From an uncultured delta proteobacterium (lineage in GTDB: Bacteria > Desulfobacterota > Desulfobacteria > Desulfobacterales > JAHEIW01), in the NCBI GenBank assembly GCA_963706575.1, contig CAVPNL010000001.1, positions 463,208-527,207 of the forward strand: a stretch of DNA of 64,000 nt. Direction: 5' to 3'. Positions 57,046-64,000 of this stretch are shown here, piece by piece. Positions within the stretch are counted from its first letter, which is position 1; the number at the start of each line of letters is the position of its first letter. The notes beneath the pieces are model-generated. The model was not told where the DNA came from. It ran no database searches and was given only the letters and a program-made list of their open reading frames with translations. The translations under genes and the position numbers were made by a program.

Positions 57046-58263
57046 ATGGATATATCTTCAAAGCCTTCCGAAACCCATGGAAGTAAAAAAAAATCCGCCA
57101 ATTCCTTTTTTAATCATCTGGGTCCGCTGCTTATTCTGACATCTATTTTTTTCTTTAACTTTGTCTCCCGAATCATACCGGCACCTCTGATCCCGCGGAT
57201 TGAAATCGATCTGAATCTGACCCACGCAGGTGCCGGGATGTTGTTTTTTATGATTTCAGTCGGGTACTTTATCACCCTGATCGGGTCCGGATTCGTATCC
57301 TCACGTTTCGACCATAAACGAACGATTGTCATCTCCAATACCGCTCTGGGTCTCGCGTTAATCGGAACCTCATTTTGTACGGGCCTCTGGAGCATGCGGC
57401 TGGGCTTATTTGCGGTCGGAATGGCAGCGGGACTGTACTTACCTTCCGCCATTGTCTCCCTGACAGCCTTAATTCCTTCGCGGCACTGGGGCAAAGCCCT
57501 TGCCGTTCATGATATAGCGCCCAATTTGAGTTTCGTTGCTGCCCCCTTGATCTGCGAAGTTCTTCTGGTATGGTTTTCCTGGCGTGCGGTCTTTTTGCTA
57601 ACGGGTGTTGGGGCCTTGATAATAGGTCCGGTTTTCGTGGGGTATAGCCATGCAGGGGAGTTCCGGGGCGAAGCTCCCGGCTTTGTATCTTTTCGGCAAC
57701 TGTTTGGCAATTTGTCCGTTTGGGTAATGGTTTTTTTGTTCAGTCTGGGTGTTATCAGTACCATGGGTATCTATACCATGTTACCGCTTTATCTGGTATC
57801 GGAGCACGCTATGGATACCAATCTGGCCAATACCCTGATAGCGCTATCCAGAATACCGAGCATCATAATCGTATTTTTAGGTGGGTGGGCAACCGATCGT
57901 ATTGGAGCGCGGCGGACGATGAAAATTGTTTTACTCTTCACCGGTCTGATGACCTTTTTATTGGGAATTGCATCCCGTTCGCTTATAAGTTACATTGTAT
58001 TTTTACAGCCACTGGTGGCCGCATGCTTTTTCCCTGCCGGATTTGCGGCCATATCTTTAATGGTACCCGCCCAATTAAGGAGCATTGCTGTTTCACTCAT
58101 TATACCGCTGACCATCGTTTTCGGCGGCGGCCTGGCTCCGGTATTTATCGGTTTCATCGGCGATCTGGGCAGCTTTGGATTGGCATTCATAATTTGTGGC
58201 GGTCTGATTACCGCTGGATCGTTTTTTACCGGTGTGCTTAAATATTATGATCAACAATCTTGA
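57046..58263 (+). CDS. MFS transporter
   Basis: About 12 hydrophobic helices; GFVSSRFDHK and GWATDRIGAR loop motifs; start uncertain. Confidence 0.9.
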   Translation: MDISSKPSETHGSKKKSANSFFNHLGPLLILTSIFFFNFVSRIIPAPLIPRIEIDLNLTHAGAGMLFFMISVGYFITLIGSGFVSSRFDHKRTIVISNTALGLALIGTSFCTGLWSMRLGLFAVGMAAGLYLPSAIVSLTALIPSRHWGKALAVHDIAPNLSFVAAPLICEVLLVWFSWRAVFLLTGVGALIIGPVFVGYSHAGEFRGEAPGFVSFRQLFGNLSVWVMVFLFSLGVISTMGIYTMLPLYLVSEHAMDTNLANTLIALSRIPSIIIVFLGGWATDRIGARRTMKIVLLFTGLMTFLLGIASRSLISYIVFLQPLVAACFFPAGFAAISLMVPAQLRSIAVSLIIPLTIVFGGGLAPVFIGFIGDLGSFGLAFIICGGLITAGSFFTGVLKYYDQQS

Positions 58264-58275
58264 AAGGATACACCT

Positions 58276-58791
58276 ATGAATCTAGAGATCTTTGATAAAA
58301 TGGAAAAGGAGGATCTCCGCAACTATATTGAGTTTCTTCTGTGGCACTATCGGGTTGTCGACGCCTTTTGGTTTATTTATGCGGCAGAACGTTTTGATCA
58401 ACCCACTGCCGAACGTCTGAATGAACAGGTCTGGGGCCGGGTGTCTTCGATGGCTGCCAGGGATTTGAAGAAAAAATTCCAGATCACCGAAAAAGGGTTG
58501 GAAGGCTTTGTAAAAGCACTGAAGTTATTTCCATGGTGTATTCTGGCTGAATATAAAATTGAACAAAATGATGATGATGTGTGCGTGTGCGTACCTTCCT
58601 GCCCGGTCCAACAGGCACGGCTGCGAAGAGGTCTGGATGAATTTGTTTGTAAAGAAATGCACCGGGGTGAATTTGCTACTTTCGCAAAGGAAATTGACGA
58701 ACGCGTAACAGTTGAATGCCTATTTGCCCCGCCTGATCCGCATCCGGATGATATGTTTTGCAAATGGCGGTTTTTTCTAAGTGACGCATAG
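58276..58791 (+). CDS. DUF6125-like conserved protein (V4R/HNOB-like Cys pattern)
   Basis: [33 protein letters not shown]...CKW.F. Confidence 0.75.
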   Translation: MNLEIFDKMEKEDLRNYIEFLLWHYRVVDAFWFIYAAERFDQPTAERLNEQVWGRVSSMAARDLKKKFQITEKGLEGFVKALKLFPWCILAEYKIEQNDDDVCVCVPSCPVQQARLRRGLDEFVCKEMHRGEFATFAKEIDERVTVECLFAPPDPHPDDMFCKWRFFLSDA

Positions 58792-58904
58792 GGCTTAATA
58801 AAAGGCGCAGAGCGCAGCGGTTGAGCGTTTTTAACGCCAGGCGCCAAGCGCTTTGCGCTCTGCTTTAAACCGAAAGCTAAAACCTTAAGAAATCAGAGAA
58901 CCCA

Positions 58905-59489
58905 ATGCCGCTCGCCTTTAAATCGATGAGTCATGGGACCATTGCATTCGGTTTTTTCAATATCGATTCGGATATGCTTCTGTTAGAACATCATTTTTTA
59001 TTTGGATCGGAATTCTGTCAGCATATCAGTGAAATGGCGGAAAATGTTGATGCGGAGCAATTTAAATCGAACTGGTCGGTATATACGATAGAAGATCGGG
59101 AAAAAATCGGCGATTTAATGGGCGCGATTCACGGCATCCGCTTCAGCGGTTTCATCGGAGAATTATACCGCAGGTATCCTTTTCCGTCGGAACCTGCAGA
59201 TTTCAAACAAAAGCCGGAGGGTTATCGAAACCAGGATGTTGTTCGAGATATGGTTTGCGCTTATGCCAGTCAGGCCCTGTTACCCGTTGAAGCAAATCAC
59301 CGGACGCTTGAGGTCGATATTGGATTGTATAAATTCAATCGCAAGGCTTTCCAGGAACTTATTATATATGTCTGGAAAGGAGGTTATCCCCGTTGGAGGG
59401 ATGAGATCCGACCGGATTATGTCATGGACATGAAAACCAGAATACAAGGCAATCGTCGGGGACTATTCGAAGAGATTCAGTTTGAATGA
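58905..59489 (+). CDS. Conserved hypothetical protein
   Basis: 194-aa ORF with a normal coding pattern (SHGTIAFGFFNIDSDMLLL, YVWKGGYPRW); no function recognised. Confidence 0.75.
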   Translation: MPLAFKSMSHGTIAFGFFNIDSDMLLLEHHFLFGSEFCQHISEMAENVDAEQFKSNWSVYTIEDREKIGDLMGAIHGIRFSGFIGELYRRYPFPSEPADFKQKPEGYRNQDVVRDMVCAYASQALLPVEANHRTLEVDIGLYKFNRKAFQELIIYVWKGGYPRWRDEIRPDYVMDMKTRIQGNRRGLFEEIQFE

Positions 59490-59622
59490 TTTGCGGAATG
59501 GTTGCTGCCAGGAAATATTTTGGTCGGAAATAATAATTTCAAATCATTTTGACAATTGAGGCGACAGATTGTATGAACGGCGCCATAACGACAACCTGAA
59601 CAACATTTTATAAAGAATACAT

Positions 59623-61863
59623 ATGGATGCCTACAATTATCTTAAAGAAGAGATTTTAAAAATCAATCAGGATATTCTACAGTTGATTTCGAAGTCCAAA
59701 TCAATGCCCGGTATGGCGGAAACCAGTTTCGGCGATTGGGAGAAAACCTGCCGGGGGCTGCCGGACCAGATGGCAGAAGATATTATGCGCGTGGCGGTGG
59801 TGGGCCCGATTAAATCCGGTAAGAGCACGTTTTTAAACTCTATGTTGAAAGGCGATTATTTAAAAAGAGGCGCCGGCGTAGTCACATCAATTGTCACGCG
59901 CGTGCGATCCGGTGATCGATTGAGCGCGCATCTTTACTTTAAGTCCTGGGATGAAGTCAATGCGGAAATGGAACAGGCACTGGTTTTGTTCCCTTCACTG
60001 GAGTGGCGCAAGAATAATTCCAATTTCGACATCAGAAGTCAAAATGAACGCCACCAAATTCAACAGGCTTTAAAATCATTGAGCTCAGAACAATTGATAT
60101 CGCATGACACCCGCAATCTTAATAATGTACTTCTGACTTCATATATCAAAGGTTATGACCGCGTTTACGATATTCTCTCCTCTGACGATACAACCCGTCG
60201 CTATGAAGAAGCCACTTTTGCTGAACATAAAAGATTTGTGGGAAATGAAGACCTGGCTGTCTATCTAAAAGATGTTCAATTGCAGATCCCGTCAGCTGGA
60301 ACGGACGAGAATATCGAAATTGCTGATTGCCAGGGAAGCGATTCTTCGAATCCAATGCATCTGGCGATGATTCAGGATTATTTGCTGCTTACGCATTTGA
60401 TTGTTTATGTTATCAGCAGCCGGACGGGCTTGCGGCAAGCAGATATCCAGTTTTTATCCATGATTAAAAAAATGGGTATCCTGGACAATATTCTGTTTGT
60501 TGTTAATTGCGATTTTAGCGAACATGAATCCATAGAAGAGCTTGAAATTCTGGTTAACAAGGTGAAGGAAGAACTGGCCTTGATCAAACCCGATCCAGAA
60601 GTGTATACCTTTTCGGCTCTGTTTAATCTGTTTTCCTCACCGCAGTTGGCACTTTCAGAAAAAGATCAGCTGCGAATGCTGCAATGGAAAGCTGAAGAAG
60701 AACTGACGGATTTCTCTGTCAGGGAAACGATGCGATTCCAGGCGGCTTTTGATTTAAAATTCAGCAGCGGTCGGGGAGCTGTTTTATTGCAAAATCATCT
60801 AGAGCGGCTCAGTGTTGTTTTATCCGGAATGGACAATTGGATCGGAATCAATCGGGATATCCTCGCCCGTGATTCTGAAAGTACCCGGGAAATGAAGCAA
60901 AAGCTTAAGACCCATCAGGAACGGGTTGATCAAATGAAGGCCGTGTTGAAAACGACAATTTCCGGGGCTGTTGTCAAAATCAAAAAAAAGCTCAATGTCG
61001 ACGTAAACCGTTTTTTCGATGTGCATTCCGGTGATATTATCAAAAAGATCTTTACGTTTATAAAAGATTACAAAGGGTTGACCCAGCCGGCGAAAGGAAA
61101 GGCAGATTTGCCCGGTGTTTCCAGGACCATGTACCTGGGTTATCAGGATTTTAAACAATCTCTGGACAAATTTATTACCGAGGAGATTAACCCGGAGGTC
61201 ATCCGTTTTGTAAAAATGCAGGAAAAGGAAATTGGGACGTATTTTGAAACAATTACAAAGCCTTACAATGCAATGCTTTCAGACGCCTACGATGAATATA
61301 TTGGCATGATGAAAAAACTTGGTGTGTCTTTAAACCTTGAAGAACAGCCGAAGATCGAGTTGCCGGACATGGTTGCCCAGCTTCAACAGTCGGGACTGAA
61401 TCCACCCAAAATTGTGACCACAATGCATTATTCTGCCAGAATTAAAACGGTTGCAATTCTGCGGCTCGGTGTATACAGCCTCCAGCGGAATTTAAAAAAA
61501 ATATTGAAAAAACCGGCCGGCAAAAGAGCTGAAGTCTTTCGCCAGGCGCTTCATAGCGGTACTCAGCAAATGAAACGCGAAACGTTAAAGTCGGTCGTCG
61601 AGCAGTTGAAGGATTTCCGGGAAAACTTAAAGTTTGCCTTTTTGCTTAAGCTTGTCGAAAAATTCGCTGAAAATTTATCGGATCTGATGATTGATCGTTT
61701 TCAACTGTTTTTTACCGATCTTAGCTCGGTGGCCGATCGGCTGGACAGCACCAAAACTGACAAACAGCACATCTCAAAAATTTTAGAAGAAATGAATCAG
61801 CAGGCTGCGGAGGTTAAAGGTAGTATTGGCCATTTACGTCGCCGGATAGAGCAGACAGACTAG
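59623..61863 (+). CDS. Bacterial dynamin-like GTPase
   Basis: [16 protein letters not shown] (G1), VVTS (G2), IADCQG (G3-like), FVVNCD (G4-like), long helical C-terminal half. Confidence 0.8.
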   Translation: MDAYNYLKEEILKINQDILQLISKSKSMPGMAETSFGDWEKTCRGLPDQMAEDIMRVAVVGPIKSGKSTFLNSMLKGDYLKRGAGVVTSIVTRVRSGDRLSAHLYFKSWDEVNAEMEQALVLFPSLEWRKNNSNFDIRSQNERHQIQQALKSLSSEQLISHDTRNLNNVLLTSYIKGYDRVYDILSSDDTTRRYEEATFAEHKRFVGNEDLAVYLKDVQLQIPSAGTDENIEIADCQGSDSSNPMHLAMIQDYLLLTHLIVYVISSRTGLRQADIQFLSMIKKMGILDNILFVVNCDFSEHESIEELEILVNKVKEELALIKPDPEVYTFSALFNLFSSPQLALSEKDQLRMLQWKAEEELTDFSVRETMRFQAAFDLKFSSGRGAVLLQNHLERLSVVLSGMDNWIGINRDILARDSESTREMKQKLKTHQERVDQMKAVLKTTISGAVVKIKKKLNVDVNRFFDVHSGDIIKKIFTFIKDYKGLTQPAKGKADLPGVSRTMYLGYQDFKQSLDKFITEEINPEVIRFVKMQEKEIGTYFETITKPYNAMLSDAYDEYIGMMKKLGVSLNLEEQPKIELPDMVAQLQQSGLNPPKIVTTMHYSARIKTVAILRLGVYSLQRNLKKILKKPAGKRAEVFRQALHSGTQQMKRETLKSVVEQLKDFRENLKFAFLLKLVEKFAENLSDLMIDRFQLFFTDLSSVADRLDSTKTDKQHISKILEEMNQQAAEVKGSIGHLRRRIEQTD

Positions 61864-61878
61864 TGTAAGGAACAATTA

Positions 61879-61985
61879 GGTTTCGGGTGTCAGGTGTCAG
61901 GAGTACGAACCCGATGATGCGGAAATTATCAGATTCCGCATCATGTCATCTTTTTCCTGACACCCGAAACCTGACACCTGAAACC
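61879..61985. repeat. Inverted heptamer tandem repeat (GGTGTCA / TGACACC)
   Basis: ggtttcgggtgtcaggtgtcagg ... cctgacacccgaaacctgacacctgaaacc between convergent genes. Confidence 0.78.
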
Positions 61986-62071
61986 ATAGACATGGTGTTG
62001 TTTAAAGAATTTAATCGAACTAAAATATACCACACGAATTTTGTAACATTTTTGCGGGACACAACACTGGG

Positions 62072-63814
62072 TCAGGCATCCTGGTCTTTCAGTTTTTCCA
62101 GATTTTCCCTGGCAAATTCAATCGAATCATCAAGGGTAAGGGCCATCTCATAATATCGGATCGCTTTTGCGGGTTGGCCCATATCGCGATAATTTGAAGC
62201 GATATTGGCATAATCAATTGCTGATGACGGATCGAGCTGAATGACCGTTTTGAAATTTTTAATGGCCGCCTCGTGTTCTTTTAACATGAAATGGCAGAAC
62301 CCCATCAGATTGTAGATATCCGTTCTTTCCTGATCCAGTTCTTCACCTTTTTTGAGTATACTCAAAGCCTGTCGGTATTCTCCCATATCTTTTAAAGCTA
62401 CGCCCATATAAGAGCAGATGCTGGGAACATCCTGTTCATTCGGTTCCAGATTCAAAGCCGCTTCCAAATAAGCAAGCGCCGTCTTGGGATCACCCAGCGC
62501 AATATGACAGGACCCCATATAAAACTTTACATAATATTTTCCGGGGAGCTCCTTATCGATTTTATTCAGCTCGGCAATGGCCGCCTGTGGAGGCTGGTTA
62601 TCGGCGATGTGTTTGCTTGCAAACATACCGACACTGGTTCCCAATGCCCGTTCCCTGAAGTGTGCTCCCGGTATAATGGCATAAAATGCGGGGATTTCAA
62701 GGTCTGGATGCATCGTGTTAATAAGTAATACGTCCATTCCAATAGGGGCCAGGGCGGCCAGGCAGTTTTCAATTTCGACTTTGATATTATCATCCGATAA
62801 ATTTGGCAGCGCGCTAATATCAGTCATTTTTCCGGGATTCATGACATAATCGGCATCCGCCAGATCTGTGAATTTGGGCAATCCACTGGCCACGTAATTG
62901 GCGCCTGTATCAAAATCACCCGCCAGCTGCGCAACTTCGGTAAGCGCACGGCTGAAAGCCTTCTGGGGATCCGGTGTTGTCCCGGCGGTCCAGACAATTT
63001 CACTGAGTTCCGGGAATGTGGCCGGATCGTATGCCAGGACGCCGACGCTGGGAATACCGGTATCAAGGGTGAAATCAGAGACGAAAAGTTTTACGCCTGC
63101 GTTGCGATATTTAACGATCATTTCAACCACCAGCGGATCGGTGGCGGATTCGGCCCGAATGGCCGGAACCTTCAAACGTTTGTGGCTGATGACAGCGGAC
63201 GTGTGCCTTTCGATGATTTCACAAATTCCCTGGCTGATCGCTTCTTCTTGGCAGTTGCCAGCAGAAGGGCCATTGAATTCGTTAATCGAGAAAAACCAGT
63301 CAAAAGGCACCAGAATTTCTTTTTTACGGGTCAGGTTATAAGCCCAGGTCCATTTCAAGGGTAAATTTTCAAAAATTTTACGGGCAGCCGGCAAATCATC
63401 CGATTCATCGTGGACCGATTTAGCAATCATATCAAAAGGAATGACTGCAGTTTTATCTTGAATATTGCGAAACCGTTCAGTAAAAAAATTATCCGGGTTT
63501 TTTACGAAGCTGAAAAAACTGAAGCGTTCGGCCAGTTCCATTACCGCACTGGCTTCGGATTGGCTCGGGGTGCCGCCTTTGCCCATCTGTTTCTTTGTTC
63601 CAATGATGTGATAGGCGTCTTGGCCGCATATGCTGAAATAAATCGGGATATCCAATCGACCATTGTCAATACGGATGGTGCGCTTTAATATATCCAGATT
63701 CACTTTTTTCAATTTTTCCTTAAAGCGTTTGACCGTATCTTCCGGGGACAAAATTTTATCCTGATCAAAGGTATACGTTTTGTGAGCATCATTTAACTCA
63801 ACTCGAAATTTCAT
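62072..63814 (-). CDS. YcaO-family protein with C-terminal TPR repeats
   Basis: QMGKG, SAVMELAERFS, NGPSAGN, GICEIIERH, RALTEVAQ; TPR-like C-terminus; AGGAGA RBS before the ATG at 63814. Confidence 0.88.
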   Translation of the reverse strand: MKFRVELNDAHKTYTFDQDKILSPEDTVKRFKEKLKKVNLDILKRTIRIDNGRLDIPIYFSICGQDAYHIIGTKKQMGKGGTPSQSEASAVMELAERFSFFSFVKNPDNFFTERFRNIQDKTAVIPFDMIAKSVHDESDDLPAARKIFENLPLKWTWAYNLTRKKEILVPFDWFFSINEFNGPSAGNCQEEAISQGICEIIERHTSAVISHKRLKVPAIRAESATDPLVVEMIVKYRNAGVKLFVSDFTLDTGIPSVGVLAYDPATFPELSEIVWTAGTTPDPQKAFSRALTEVAQLAGDFDTGANYVASGLPKFTDLADADYVMNPGKMTDISALPNLSDDNIKVEIENCLAALAPIGMDVLLINTMHPDLEIPAFYAIIPGAHFRERALGTSVGMFASKHIADNQPPQAAIAELNKIDKELPGKYYVKFYMGSCHIALGDPKTALAYLEAALNLEPNEQDVPSICSYMGVALKDMGEYRQALSILKKGEELDQERTDIYNLMGFCHFMLKEHEAAIKNFKTVIQLDPSSAIDYANIASNYRDMGQPAKAIRYYEMALTLDDSIEFARENLEKLKDQDA

Positions 63815-63936
63815 GAATTTTCTCCTGAATATCAGATTTCGGCTATCACCATACATTCAGTACAGAGCTCAGAATTATCCAAATAAAATTTAGATTGACC
63901 GCTTTTTGATGATTTGATATGAAAACGGTCTCTTGT

Positions 63937-64000
63937 GGGGATGTAGCTCAGATGGGAGAGCGCGGCGTTCGCAATGCCGAGGTCAGGGGTTCGATCCCCC
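63937..64000 (+). tRNA. tRNA-Ala (anticodon CGC), 3' end truncated by the window edge
   Basis: GGGGATGTAGCTCAGATGGGAGAGC D-arm, anticodon arm CGGCG-TTCGCAA-TGCCG, T-arm GGGGTTCGATCCCC. Confidence 0.93.

Noticed and set aside
61864..63930. RiPP biosynthetic cluster around YcaO
   Set aside because: No credible precursor, dehydrogenase, protease or exporter; the 88-aa ORF at 61887 is a translation of the repeat element.
63857..64000. tRNA-Ala as the attachment site of an integrated island covering this window
   Set aside because: The window lies on the tRNA 5' side; no integrase and no duplicate of the tRNA 3' end were seen.

Overview
Bacterial DNA whose gene content and intergenic repeat style suggest a sulfate-reducer-type anaerobe (probably Desulfobacterales; inference). 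Most of the window (about 1-16.2 kb and 25.7-57 kb) is one dispersed catabolic supercluster. It encodes a 3-hydroxyacyl-CoA dehydrogenase/enoyl-CoA hydratase fusion, indolepyruvate:ferredoxin oxidoreductase, two xanthine-oxidase-family Mo enzymes, two hydantoinase/oxoprolinase A+B pairs, two PaaK-family CoA ligases, a class III CoA transferase, a split B12 acyl-CoA mutase plus epimerase, a carboxyltransferase, an acyl-CoA dehydrogenase, a thiolase, a Liv-type ABC importer and a GntR regulator. Mo/Se cofactor maturation genes (mocA, yqeB, yqeC) follow. This inventory matches, and exceeds, the anaerobic indole-3-acetate (iaa) cluster described for Azoarcus/Aromatoleum. A palindrome, TGTATAC-N-GTATACA, sits just downstream of a TTGACA hexamer at four promoter regions and ties the arms together. 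One Mo enzyme is 4-hydroxybenzoyl-CoA-reductase-like but has Met where the catalytic Glu normally is, and the mutase has a remodelled substrate pocket. About 9.5 kb of unrelated genes interrupt the cluster. The right end has an MFS transporter, a dynamin-like GTPase, a YcaO-TPR protein and a partial tRNA-Ala(CGC). Intergenic spaces carry a MITE-like element and many short inverted tandem repeats. Two genes carry +1 frameshifts. All function calls rest on motif recognition; no database searches were run.
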